A stretch of 64,000 bases of DNA. Source: Eledone cirrhosa. Taxonomy: Eukaryota. This document shows positions 14,085 to 27,313 of the stretch, one piece after another. The position numbers and the translations under genes are program-made. The notes beneath the pieces were generated by a model, which was given only the letters and a program-made list of their open reading frames with translations, was not told where the DNA came from and ran no database searches. Location: contig OZ024757.1 of assembly GCA_964016885.1 (NCBI GenBank), forward strand, positions 25,172,001 to 25,236,000, given 5' to 3'. Numbering within the stretch: position 1 is the stretch's first letter; each line of letters starts with the position of its first letter.

Positions 14085-14528
14085 TATAATAATGAAATTA
14101 TTGTGTAAAGTGCTCAGGTGCACTACAACTCGTCAAAGGTGTATGTATAGTACACAGAATAATATACAAATGTCAGGGAAGTGAATAATGTATGAGTCAT
14201 GATATACATGTGTGCGTGTGTATGGAGGGGGAATATTAGGTGTAGTGTTGGCGAATCTCGGGAAGCATGGAGGCCTTTAATCTCGACAACTAACAACTGA
14301 TGCAGGTAGTTTGTTCCATGGAGGTTTTAAAGGATGCAGTGTCTCGACAGCTAACAACTGATGCAGGTAGTTTGTTCCATGGAGGTTTTAAAGGATGCAG
14401 TGTCTCGACAGCTAACAACTGATGCAGGTAGTTTGTTCCATGCTTCAGCAACTCTGAGCGTGAAAAAATGTTTCCGAAAGTCATGGGAGCTGTGCTGTTT
14501 TCTGACTTTGTGGACATGCCCACATGTG
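14085..14528 (-). mobile_element. CR1/L2-like LINE 3' end with internal 61-bp duplication
   Basis: GHVHKVRKQHSSHDFRKHFFTLRVAEAWNKLPASVVSCRDTASFK; shared 3'UTR (gtgctcaggtgcactacaactc) ending in (TTA)n. Confidence 0.8.
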
Positions 14529-15009
14529 TTATATATGTATATATATATATGTATATACGTATATATATATGTATGTTTGTATATATGTATAGATGTTTGT
14601 ATGTTTGTATATATATATATATGTATGTTTGTATGCATTTGTGTATGTATGTTTGTATATATGTATATATGTTTGTATATATATGTATATATCATCATCA
14701 TCATCATCATCATCGTATATATATGTATATATGCATGTATATTTGCATATATGTATGTATGTATGTAAGTATTTATGTATGTTTTATCATCACCGTTTTA
14801 CGTCCATTCTTCTATGCTAGCATGGGTTAGACGGGTTGTCCTGTTGTGGGCAGTGGCCAGGTCGGGTGACCTTGTCTTGTTCATACAAAATCAGTTCCCC
14901 ATACGGGAACTGATTTTGGCTTGATTTCTACAGCTGGATGCCCTTCCTATCACCAACCTCATTTACAGTGAGTGCTGGGAGCTTTTGTATGTTTGTATGT
15001 TTGTATTTC

Positions 15010-15350
15010 TCTCAGCATGTACTCCTCTTAAAGGCTGGTTATGTTTATCACCTGAAGTCACAGGAAAGGATAACCACCTGCAACACCACTCAACAAAGAC
15101 CTGGTGAAACGACGGGCATGATATGCAACAAAGTGTGTAGAACTAGTTCTGGACTAAAAAAGCACATGATGGTACATAAAGATTGTGTCCCAGAGGATGA
15201 CACCACTGGTCCTGTGGAAAGCACAACTCTCTTCTATCACCTGTGTCGTAAACCATGCAGATCTACAGCTGGCCTACGAAGTCATGGCATAGATGGGATG
15301 GTAACGAAGAACAATAAGAGACAGCAATTGTCTGTGAAGACGCTGCAATC
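15010..15350 (+). mobile_element. LINE C-terminal fragment with two C2H2-like zinc fingers (RTE type)
   Basis: ICNKVCRTSSGLKKHMMVH and HLCRKPCRSTAGLRSH. Confidence 0.55.
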
Positions 15351-15394
15351 CTCATGTTTGTATGTATGTGCGTGTGTGTGTTTGTATGTGTGTA

Positions 15395-15641
15395 TCAGAG
15401 TAGAATTTACATATAAGCTAAACAAACTATAGCTTAGGGCCTCCACTTTCTTGGGGCCCTGAAAAAATTGAAAAAAAACGGTGTGTACATTTCCAAAATA
15501 TACGATAAAAAAGAACTAAAATAATGCAATAGTTTTAAACAGTTTTCTGCTTTAATATTGAACGTTTTGCAGTTTTTATAACATAAAGGGCCCCATTATC
15601 TCAAATAGCATAGGGCCTCATCAAATCTAAATCTGGCCCTG
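15395..15641. mobile_element. MITE-like element with CAGGGCCAGATTTA-type terminus
   Basis: ends taaatctggccctg; related element at 57765-58306. Confidence 0.5.
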
Positions 15642-15684
15642 GTGTGTATGCATGTATGTCTCTCTCTCTCTCTCTCTCTCTCTT

Positions 15685-17195
15685 TTGGACATCAGTGGTG
15701 TTAACTGCACCTGGCATCATTTCTAACACATTTTCCCCCAACAAAATCCCGATTCCCACTTATACACTGTCTTGCAATGTGAAATACTTCATGTCTCAAG
15801 ACACTGGCAAACTTTCTTTTGACAGCCTCTCTCCAAGCTGTGTAACCTGCCGTCTAGCTTCTCCCATAGCCACCTAGTACCGGTCCCTCTTATCTCTATT
15901 TTTTCCAGTCTTTCCATATCTGTCTCTTGGCTTTAATGGCTCTATCTACTGTGCTGTTCCACCACCAGGTGTCGCCCTCTGTCTGGTGCTTTACTCCAGC
16001 CACAAGTCTCATCAGTAGTTTGCAAAAGGTTGTCATGCAAGAATTTCCAGTCGTCCTCTACATTATATGTATCTAGCTCCTCACCCCTCTCATTAAATGC
16101 ATCCCATAGAGCCTTTCTAAAGCTATATTTACCTGAAAGGTCGTTTAACTTCCAAACCCTCAATCTCCATGTTTTCCTGTGTATCTTGTTCTGTCTTCTG
16201 TTTAATCTGATGTCACTAATAGCTAACTTGTGCTGGGCAGCACTTAGTATTCATTAGGGAAGGCAGTTATTACAGTCCATAAACTCGTTGTCTTACAAAT
16301 AAGAAATCAATCTGGCTTGTGTGATCACCTGATTGATATGTAATCAGATGGCTGACTGGTTTCCTGAAATTTATGTTTCAAATTGTTAGTTTGTTTGCAT
16401 CACAAAATTCCCGGAGCTTCACTCCCTCTTCTGACTTGGTAAAAACCCACAAAATTATTAACCATCTTGCCAACAACAACCCTGAGCACCTTTTTGATTT
16501 CCATGTGTCTAACACCGGTGGACATGCCTACAAAGTCAGAAAATAGCACAGCTTCCATGATTTTCGGAAACATTTTTTGACGTTCAGAGTTGCTGAAGCA
16601 TGGAACAAACTACCCGCATCAGTTGTTAGCTGTCGGGACACTGCATCCTTTAAAACCTCCATGCTTCCTGAGATTTACCAACACTACACCTAATATCCCC
16701 CTCCATACACACACATGTATATCATGACTCATACACTGTTCACTTTCCTGACATTTGTATATTATTCTATGTACTATACATGCACCTTTGATGAGTTGTA
16801 GTGCACCTGAGCACTGTACACAATAATTTCAATATTATTATTATTATTATTATTACTATAGCTGCTGTGAACTCCAGTGAATCTATTCTGGTACTGTCCC
16901 ACATGTCCATTGAAGTCACCTGCCAGAAAGATGAGGTCTCTTTTGCCAATACCTGAGATTATCTGTAAAAATTTGTCATAGAATCTGTCCTTTTGTTCTT
17001 TACTCAGTCCTACCTGTGGAGCATAGGTAGATGTAATTGTCACCAGTCTATTTCCTACAGCTAATCTAAGTTTCATAATTCTGTCACTTACTCTAACTAC
17101 CCCTATCACCTTATCTATCCATTTCTTAGTAAACAGAATACCTACACCACCTACTCCATTGTCATTTCTTGCCCAGTAAAGTTTATATCTAAGTT
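15685..17195 (-). mobile_element. degenerate RTE (endonuclease to linker), interrupted by a CR1-like insertion
   Basis: VSDRIMKLRL..STYAPQVG..LAGDFNGHVG; RVWKLND..DETCGWSK. Confidence 0.85.
16475..16858 (+). mobile_element. CR1/L2-like LINE 3' end nested in the RTE
   Basis: FRKHFLTFRVAEAWNKLPASVV; same 3'UTR as 14085-14528; (TAT)n tail. Confidence 0.8.
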
Positions 17196-17268
17196 GCCTG
17201 GGAGTGGTTTTGTTGAGTCATTCCTACCATCTTACCTGTACAGACTGACTGGTTTTGTGTTAGGGTGT

Positions 17269-17497
17269 TTAACCCTTTAGAATTTACATTACGCCATACT
17301 TACTATTGTATTTTCATGGTAAACACTTTATTCCATATAATTATCTCGCAGACTACTGAATGTACAAAAATTTGATATTATTTATTTTGAGAACAATACC
17401 TTAACATAAGAATGAGTAGCCAGTTATGGCTGGTTTGAACAGAAAGAGGTGAGAGAATTCTGGCCGGATATGGCCAGTTTAAATGCTAAAGGGTTAA
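17269..17497. mobile_element. piggyBac-type MITE (TTAA TSD, CCCTTTAGCATTTA TIR)
   Basis: ttaa-ccctttag...taaatgctaaaggg-ttaa. Confidence 0.85.
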
Positions 17498-17736
17498 GGA
17501 GTGTTTAAGAAAAGGGTTGTAAAAGTGCCCTCCTGTTGGTTCCATTTCAATAAATGACCTTTGCTTAATATAATGGCAGGATGTTTTTCAAATTCTTTTC
17601 TTGTAGGTGAATCAACTGTCTTAAATTCATAAAGAATACCTGGAACAATTTTCTATATCAATCAATAAACGAATTTCTGAACGGTTGTCAGCCATTGACA
17701 ATGAACTGGTTCGAAATGGACGTAAACATTGATAAA

Positions 17737-17909
17737 TTAATCCGACAGGCGCTTAATCACGTGATCCACACGACAGGTGCAATGTGTCCGAACATGGAAG
17801 AGCCGAACTCCCACCATCATCGCCTCCATATCTCTGTAGAGTGAGCAAATGGGGTCCCACGTGCTGGCCGCCCCACAGCCCCGACAGACAGAAAGGAGAA
17901 GGCATTTCC
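17737..17909 (-). CDS. candidate terminal coding exon of an unknown host gene (frame uncertain)
   Basis: Unique, GC/CpG-rich island preceded by acceptor tctcccttactatcctccAG; longest frame KCLLLSVCRGCG...HVIKRLSD*. Confidence 0.4.
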
Positions 17910-17933
17910 CTGGAGGATAGTAAGGGAGATACC

Positions 17934-18271
17934 AACCCTTTAGCATTTAAACTGGCCATATCTGGCATGAATTCTCTCACCTCTTTCTGTTCAAACTGGC
18001 TGTAACTGGCTGCTCATACTTATGCTAAGGTATTTTTCTCAAAATAAATAACATCAAAATCTCATAGATTTGGTATTATGTGAGATAATTATATGAGATA
18101 AAGTCTTTACTCTGAAAATATAATAGTAAATATTGAGTAATGTAAATGCTAAAGGGTTAACCCTTTAGCATTTACATTACTCTATATTTACTGTTGTATT
18201 TTCATTGTAAAGGTTTTACCTTACATAATGTCGAAGCTATTAGATTTTGATGTTATTTATTTTGAGAAAAA
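17934..18271. mobile_element. two adjacent piggyBac-type MITE copies sharing a TTAA
   Basis: ccctttagcattta...aaatgctaaaggg TTAA ccctttagcattta. Confidence 0.8.
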
Positions 18272-18519
18272 TACCTGGAACAATTTGGTCTCATAATAGT
18301 AGTAACCCATCTTAACCATGTAAACATGGAAACTATATTCAGAGAGAGAGAGGTATGGCAGGGGGAAGAGATAAATGATATTGAGTGAGTTGGAATGTAA
18401 AATTGATTGGATAGAGAGTAGGTGGTATATATATACACACAACATATATATATATATACATACATACACATACGGACACACATACACACATATACATACA
18501 TACACACATATATACATAT

Positions 18520-18556
<37 letters not shown>

Positions 18557-18641
18557 CATATACACACATATACATACATATACATACACACAGATATATA
18601 CATACATATACATACACACACACATACCTATATACATACAT

Positions 18642-18685
<44 letters not shown>

Positions 18686-18859
18686 AATCACACATATACA
18701 TACATATACATACACACACAGACATACATATATACATACATATACACACATATATATATACATACACATATATACATACATATACATACACACACACATA
18801 CATATATACATACATATACATACACACACACACATATATATATATATATACATATACAT

Positions 18860-18890
<31 letters not shown>

Positions 18891-18990
18891 CATATACATA
18901 CACACACACACACACATATATATACATATACATACACACACACACATATATATATACATATACATACACACACACATATATATATGTATA

Positions 18991-19042
<52 letters not shown>

Positions 19043-19235
19043 TATACATATATATATATACATATATATATATATACATATATATATGTATATATATATA
19101 GAGAGAGAGATAGATAGATAGATAATGTATTAGACAGAGAATGAAAATATCTTCCCATAAGCAAGGTAGATTATCCATGGAATTATGGATTAAATCTAAA
19201 CTGACTTAAGAGGATTGTGTGAAAATCTGAAACTG

Positions 19236-19294
<59 letters not shown>

Positions 19295-19432
19295 TCTCTC
19301 TCTCACACAAACACACACACACACTCACATTCACATTCACACACATTCTCACACACATTCAAACACACATTCACACACACATGCATACACACACACTCAC
19401 TCACTCACTCACTCACATACAGACACACACAT

Positions 19433-19464
<32 letters not shown>

Positions 19465-19640
19465 TCACATTCACACACACACATTCACATACACACACAC
19501 TCACACACACACATTCACGCACACATTCAAACACACATTCACATACACACACACTCACACACATTCACACACACTTTCACATACACACACACTCACACAC
19601 ACACACACACACACATTTACTCATACACACACACACATAC

Positions 19641-19703
19641 TATGTGTTGTAATGGAACATGGAGGTGGTGGTGAGGAGATTTCCGGTCTGTTGATCCATC
19701 TGT
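19641..19703 (-). CDS. candidate 63-nt internal exon
   Basis: cctacttacttAG|acagatgg...aacacata|GTatgt; open in all three frames; island of unique sequence between (CA)n tracts. Confidence 0.45.
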
Positions 19704-19895
19704 CTAAGTAAGTAGGCTATTTATGTGTGTGTGTGTGTGTGTGTGTTGTCTAATGTATGCATGTGTATGTAGTCTGACATGTATGTCCCTCTCTCTCTCT
19801 TGATATATACACACACATATATATATATCAAATTATAAATGTGAGAAAATAATCGACAAAAATATACCTATTTTATATATATATAAAATAGGAAT

Positions 19896-19958
<63 letters not shown>

Positions 19959-20135
19959 AAATAGGTATAAAATAGGTATAAAATATATATATATAAAATA
20001 GGTATAAAATATATATATATATATATATATATAAAATAGGTATAAAATAGGTCATTTCATTCATTTCATTTTACGTCCGCTTTTTCCCTGCTTGGGGTGG
20101 GATTATATATATATACCTATTTTATATATACACAT

Positions 20136-20460
20136 GGAGGCACATAGCTTAGTGGTTAGAGCATTGGCCTTGCAATCGAAAGGTTGTGAGTTCAATTCTC
20201 AGACCGGGTGATGTGTTGTTTCCTTGAGCAAGACACTTTATTTCACATTGCTCCAGTTTACTCAGCTGTAGAAATGAGATGATAGAGACTGGGATCCATA
20301 TCATTCCAAGTGGTTGTGGAGGTGCCACGGAAAAAAAAGCACCCAGCACTCACTGTAAATGAGGTTGGTGTTAGGAAGGGCATCCTGCTGTAGAATCAAG
20401 CCAGAATCAGTTCCCGTCCCACCCTTGCAAGCAGGGAAAAGCAGACGTAAAATGATGATA
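20136..20460 (+). mobile_element. tRNA-SINE family A
   Basis: same head, body and tail as 4263-4603. Confidence 0.88.
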
Positions 20461-20742
20461 TATATATGTAAGTTTATCCCAGATTCAATCGGGGGTAACC
20501 ACAGTAAGTAAGGTACTTAATACATAGTAGGGTATAAATATTTAATATATAAATGGCTTCTACAAGACTAGAACTGTTTCATTTGGGATGATTTCTCCTG
20601 AATTAAACAGTTCTAGTCCTGTAGAAGCCATTTCTATATTAAATATATATATATATATATATAATATATATGTACCAACGTTTTCTCTTCTACTGGTTTT
20701 CTGTTTATCTGGACAAAGCTGGGTACCTCAGGTAGTATATAT

Positions 20743-20780
<38 letters not shown>

Positions 20781-21405
20781 CATCTAGTCCAGACTGTAAA
20801 GTGGTCATGGAGGCGACATGACAAAAACCACCCAGTCCACACTGTAAATGTGGTTGGCGTTAGGAAGGGCATCCAGCCATAGAAACCAAGCCCAAAACAT
20901 TTCTGTATCAGCAAGACATGGTCACCTGACCGAACTTATTTCAAACAGGACATCCCATCTATCTCATGCCAGTGTGGAAAACAGACGTTAAACGATGATG
21001 TTGGTATATATAGTGAATAAAAAGTGTGGATGTTATAAAACATTCTACACAGATCACGTTATATAAGGAAAATGATAAAAAAAAGGGTTTGAAAAGCGCA
21101 CCCGATATATATATATATAAAGGATCTTTATAGCGTGTATAAAGTAGTATAAACAATATTACATATTATGACAAAAATGATGTAAACATGGGTTAGAGGT
21201 AATGGTGATAATAATACACTAAAACAAACTGCCAATAATGTCTATGAAACTGGCAGTTTTGGATTTTAGAGATGTCAACATGCATGGACCTGTTATTTTT
21301 ATCTAAAGACATTTTATTTTTTAACTCACAACCTTTCGATTGCAAGCCCAATGCTCTAACCACTAAGCCATGTGCCTTCATATATATATATATATATATA
21401 TAAAA

Positions 21406-21755
21406 TGTAGGAGGTGAGTTTTATTGTAGCACAATAAAGCAATGCAAATATCGGATAAGTAGCACTCTACAGTTTGTAGGACTGGAGTATAAATAATATA
21501 AGATCAAAAGATGGTTAAAAGAGTTCCAAGTATTTTATTATGCGCATTTCAAAAACAAATATCATCATGAGATGATATTTACGTTTCCATCAGATTTAAA
21601 ACTTCACTATTCACAAGTGTTTTTTAAGCTTCATATCATGTATCCCTATTTTATCTGATGAAAACGCAAATATCATCTCATGATGATATTTGATTTTGAA
21701 ATGCGCATAATAAAATACTTGGAACTCTTTTAACAATCTTTTGATCTTATATTAT
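21406..21755. mobile_element. hammerhead-bearing inverted-repeat element (Penelope pLTR-like), sibling of 51581-52010
   Basis: tgtaggaggtgagttttattgtag leader; inverted arms ~21497-21595 and 21652-21750; flanked by (AT)n. Confidence 0.8.
21649..21715 (+). ncRNA. minimal type-I hammerhead ribozyme motif
   Basis: ttttat CTGATGA aaacg-caaatatcatc-tcat-gatgatatttg-atttt GAAA TGCGCA TA ataaaa. Confidence 0.85.
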
Positions 21756-21777
21756 ATATATATAATATATATGTATA

Positions 21778-21826
<49 letters not shown>

Positions 21827-21853
21827 ATGTATATATATATGTGTGTGTGTATA

Positions 21854-21891
<38 letters not shown>

Positions 21892-21916
21892 TATACACAC
21901 ACACATATATATACAT

Positions 21917-21953
<37 letters not shown>

Positions 21954-22257
21954 TATACATATATATATACACACATATACATACACACATATATATACAC
22001 ATATACATTAATACACACACACACACATATATATATAATTGTGTAAATCACAAACAAAAGGTGGGGAGAGGGTAAGAATTCTATCATGTGAGTGATTCCT
22101 CGATAGTGCAACAAGATGTCGTAACTGATGCAGTTAAGATGCAGCTAATGCACAACACAGCTGCACAGTTTGTCTGCAGTAAATTACACAATTTCCTGAA
22201 TTTCTTTCAAAAGAGCTGCGCACTCAGCTTTTTAGATAACCTTTATACAGATAATAC

Positions 22258-23645
22258 AGTGTGTGTTTGTGTGTGTGTGTAGCTGTGTGTATGCGTGTGT
22301 GTGTGTGTTTGTGTGTGTGTGTAGCTGTGTGTGTTTGTGTGTGTGTGTAGCTGTGTGTAGCTGTGTAGGTGTGTGTGTGTGCGTGTGTGTGTGTAGCAGT
22401 GTGTGTTTGTGTGTAAGTGTAGCTGTTTGTGTGTGTAGCTGTGTGTATTTGTGTGCGTGTGTAGCTGTGTGTGTTTGTGTGTAGCTGTGTGTGTGTGTGT
22501 AGCTGTGTGTGTTTGTGTAGCTGTGTGTGTTTGTGTAGGTGTGTGTGTGTGTGTATGTGTGTGGGTGTGCGTGTGTGTGCATGTGCGTGTGTAGGTGTGT
22601 GTGTGTGTGTATAGAGCAAGTGTATCTATGTGTGCTTGTGTGTGTGTGTGTGTCGGTGTGTATACTCTGGTATCTGCATGAGTGTGTTCATGTATGTATG
22701 TATGTATGTATGTATGTGTGCTTATGTGTGTTAGTGTGTGTGTATGCTTTTGGTATCTGCATAAGTGTGTGCATATATATATATGTGTGTGTTTTGTGCA
22801 TGCATGTATATATGTATGTGTGGGTGTGTTTTGTGTATGTATGTATATATATGTGTCTGTGTGTTTTGTGCATGCATGTATATATGTATGTGTGGGTGTG
22901 TTTTGTGTATGTATGTATATATATGTGTCTGTGTGTTTGTGTGTATGTATATATGTATGTATGTGTGAGTGTGTATTGTGTTGTGTGTGCATGTATGTAT
23001 ATATGTGTCTGTGTGTTTGTGTGTATGTACATATGTATGTATGTGTGGGTGTGTGTTGTGTGCGCATGTATGTATATGTGTGTGTCTGTGTGTTTGTGTG
23101 TTCATGTATGTATATATGTGTGGGTGTGTTTTGTGTGTGTATGTATATATATGTGTCTGTGTGTATGTATATATGTATGTATGTGTGGGTGTGTATTGTG
23201 TGTGCATGTATGTATATATGTGTCTGTGTATTTGTGTGTATGTATATATGTATGTATGTGTGGGTGTGTATTGTGTGCGCATGTATGTATATGTGTGTGT
23301 CTGTGTGTTTGTGTGTTCATGTATGTATATATGTGTGGGTGTGTTTTGTGTGTGTATGTATATATATGTGTCTGTGTGTATGTATATATGTATGTATGTG
23401 TGGGTGTGTATTGTGTGTGCATGTATGTATATATGTGTCTGTGTATTTGTGTGTATGTATATATGTATGTATGTGTGGGTGTGTATTGTGTGTGCATGTA
23501 TGTATATATGTGTGTCTGTGTGTATGTATATATGTATGTATGTGTGGGTGTGTATTGTGTGTGCATGTATGTATATATATGTGTCTGTGTGTTTGTGTGT
23601 ATGTATATATGTATGTATGTGTGGGTGTGTGTTGTGTGTGCACGC
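22258..23645. repeat. (GT)-based compound micro/minisatellite with higher-order units
   Basis: gtgtgtagct units, then ~60-bp GT/AT units. Confidence 0.9.
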
Positions 23646-23863
23646 ACATGTAGTTAATGTGCACTTAAACACTGACAGTGCAACAGAACGCAGCAATCCA
23701 ATACACATGCACCAACGTAGTGACAATTAAGCACAATTGATCACCATGACAACATAAAAACTACGACCCCCCCACCACAATAACACACAACATTGGGGGG
23801 TGGGTCACTTGATTTGCTAGAAACAATAGCCAAATCCCTATTAAATCATGCCCTATTATTGTC

Positions 23864-24798
23864 TTAACCCTTTATCATTTAAACCGGTCGTATCCGGCCA
23901 GAATTCTCTCACCTCTTTCTGTTCTAACCGGCCGTAACTTGCTACTCATACTGTTATTAAGGTATTGTTCTCAAAATAAATAATATCAAAATCTCATAGA
24001 TTCGATATTATGTGAGATAATAATTGTGTCTATTTTTGGCACAAGGCCAGCAATTATCCCAGTACATTACTGGGACGTTATTTTTATCGACACCTGTAAG
24101 GATGAACTCAGTCTGTAAAGGGACGTAACTATATGCTGGAAAGCATGGCGTCTGACTCTCTACTGATACTGCCAAATAAAGTGTTTACCATGAAAATACA
24201 ATGGTATATATGTATGTGTGACAGCTCACACCTATGCAGGTTTAGTTGGCCTCCTCCAAGGTATATCTTGTTGGAGGTGTCTTGGGTGATTTAATGAGAG
24301 GGACCCCAGTCCTTTCAACTCATTTCTACAGCTGAGTAAACTGGAGGAACATGAATTAAAGTGTCTTGCTCAAGGACACAACGCATCACCTCGTCCGAGA
24401 ATTGAACTCACAACCTTTCGATTGCAAGCCCAATGCTCTAACCACTAAGCCATGTACCTTCACAATAGTATATATAGAGTAATTGTTTCTACTTTTGGCA
24501 CAAGGCCAGCAATTACCCAGTGCATTACTGGTACTTTATTTTATCGACCCCGTAAGGATGAAAGGCAAAGTTAACCTCGGCGGGATTTGAACTCAGGTCA
24601 TACAGGGAGGTAACTCTATGCTTCAAAGCATGGCGTCCGACCCTCTACCAATACTGCCGTTCCACTGCCTTAGTATATATAGAGTATATATAGTATATAT
24701 AGAGTATATATAGTATATATAGAGTATATATAGAATATATATAGTATATATAGAGTATATATAGTATATATAGAGTAATGTAAATGATAAAGGGTTAA
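23864..24798. mobile_element. piggyBac-type MITE expanded by nested SINE A and SINE B insertions
   Basis: ttaaccctttatcattta ... taaatgataaagggttaa; nested SINEs at 24025-24175, 24300-24462, 24482-24668. Confidence 0.75.
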
Positions 24799-25049
24799 AT
24801 GAAATTACTTGATAATGCATGACATGTTGTTTGAAATATTGAAGTATGTTATCCCTAAACAGACAGGGTGGTCATCAGGATAGGATTTAATGGGGGGGGA
24901 GGGGGGCAATTACTCCAGACCCCTTATAGTGGAGGGCCCCACCAGTGTGCCCTCAGCTGGTATTTATATATCTATCTCTATACCCACCTATCTTTCTCTA
25001 TACCTACCTATCTACCTTAATTTAGTAATCACCTACCTGCTCATTCACC

Positions 25050-26704
25050 TGATGGTGATGGTGATGGTGCTGGTAATGATGGTGTAGGTAGTGATGATGA
25101 TGGTGGTGATTATGATGTTGGTGGTGGTGATGGTGACAGTGATGATAGTGGGAGGGGGCGGATGATGATAGTAGTGCTGGTGATGACAATCATGGTGGTG
25201 GAGCTGATGATGATGATGATATGATGGTGATGACAGTGATGATGATGATATGATGGTGATGACAGTGATGATGATGATATGATGGTGATGACAGTGATGA
25301 TGATGACAGTGATGATGATGATATGATGGTGATGACAGTGATGATGATGATATGATGGTGATGACAGTGATGATGATGATATGATGGTGATGACAATGAT
25401 GATGATGATGATATGATGGTGATGACAGTGATGATGATGATATGATGGTGATGACAATGATGATGATGGTGATATGATGGTGATGACAGTGATGATGATG
25501 ATATGATGGTGATGACAGTGATGATGGTGATATGATGGTGATGACAGTGATGATGGTGATGACAGTGATGATGGTGATATGATGGTGATGACAGTGATGA
25601 TGGTGATATGATGGTGATGACAGTGATGATGGTGATATGATGGTGATGACAGTGATGATGGTGATATGATGGTGATGACAGTGATGATGGTGATATGATG
25701 GTGATGACAGTGATGATGATGATATGATGGTGATGACAATGATGATGATGATGATGATGATATGATGGTGATGACAGTGATGATGATGATATGATGGCGA
25801 TGACAATGATGATGATGATGATATGATGGTGATGACAGTGATGATGATGATATGATGGTGATGACAGTGATGATGGTGATATGATGGTGATGACAGTGAT
25901 GATGGTGATATGATGGTGATGACAGTGATGATGGTGATATGATGGTGATGACAGTGATGATGGTGATATGATGGTGATGACAGTGATGATGGTGATATGA
26001 TGGTGATGACAGTGATGATGATGATATGATGGTGATGACAATGATGATGATGATGATGATGATGATATGATGGTGATGACAGTGATGATGATGATGATAT
26101 GATGGTGATGACAGTGATGATGATGATATGATGGTGATGACAGTGATGATGATGATGATATGATGGTGATGACAGTGATGATGATGATATGATGGTGATG
26201 ACAGTGATGATGATGATATGATGGTGATGACAATGATGATGATGATATGATGGTGATGACAGTGATGACAATGATGATGATGATGATATGATGGTGATGA
26301 CAGTGATGATGATGATATGATGGTGATGACAGTGATGATGATGATATGATGGTGATGACAGTGATGATGGTGATATGATGGTGATGACAGTGATGATGGT
26401 GATATGATGGTGATGACAGTGATGATGATGATATGATGGTGATGACAGTGATGATGATGATATGATGGTGATGACAGTGATGATGATGATATGATGGTAA
26501 TGACAGTGATGATGATGATATGATGGTAATGACAGTGATGATGGTGATATGATGGTGATATGATGGTGATGACAGTGATGATGATGATATGATGGTAATG
26601 ACAGTGATGATGATGATATGATGGTAATGACAGTGATGATGGTGATATGATGGTGATATGATGGTGATGACAGTGATGATGGTGATATGATGGTGATGAC
26701 AGTG
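25050..26704. repeat. ~28-bp (GAT)-derived minisatellite
   Basis: atatgatggtgatgacagtgatgatg(a/g)tg repeated dozens of times. Confidence 0.95.
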
Positions 26705-26839
26705 AAGAAAAAGAAGACTTAAAAATAGATTCTCTTTTCAACCTATCTGTAAACATTTTTAATTAAACTTTTATACTGTGTTGAGTTTAATTAAACACGA
26801 CATTGACAGTATGATGGAATGTGGGGGGGGGCTAACAGT

Positions 26840-27306
26840 AGCAGCATCACCACCACCACCATCATCATCATCACCAATACCACCACCACCACCACCAGAA
26901 GCATCATCATCACCAATACCACCACCACCACCAGAAGCATCATCATCACCAATACCACCACCACCACCACCATCATCACCAATACCACCACCACCACCAC
27001 AAGCATCATCAACACCAATACCACCACCACCACCACCAGAAGCATCATCATCACCAATACCACCACCACCACCAGAAGCATCATCATCACCAATACCACC
27101 ACCACCACCATCACCAATACCACCACCACAAGCATCATCATCACCAATACCACCACTACCACCACCACCACCACCATCAATACCACCACCACCACAAGCA
27201 TCATCATCACCAATACCACCACCACCACAAGCATCATCATCACCAATACCACCACCACCACCACCACAAGCATCACCATCACCAATACCACCACCACCAC
27301 CACCAC
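26840..27306. repeat. (CAC/CAT) minisatellite, ~36-bp unit
   Basis: agcatcatcatcaccaataccaccaccacc units. Confidence 0.9.
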
Positions 27307-27313
27307 TCAATAG

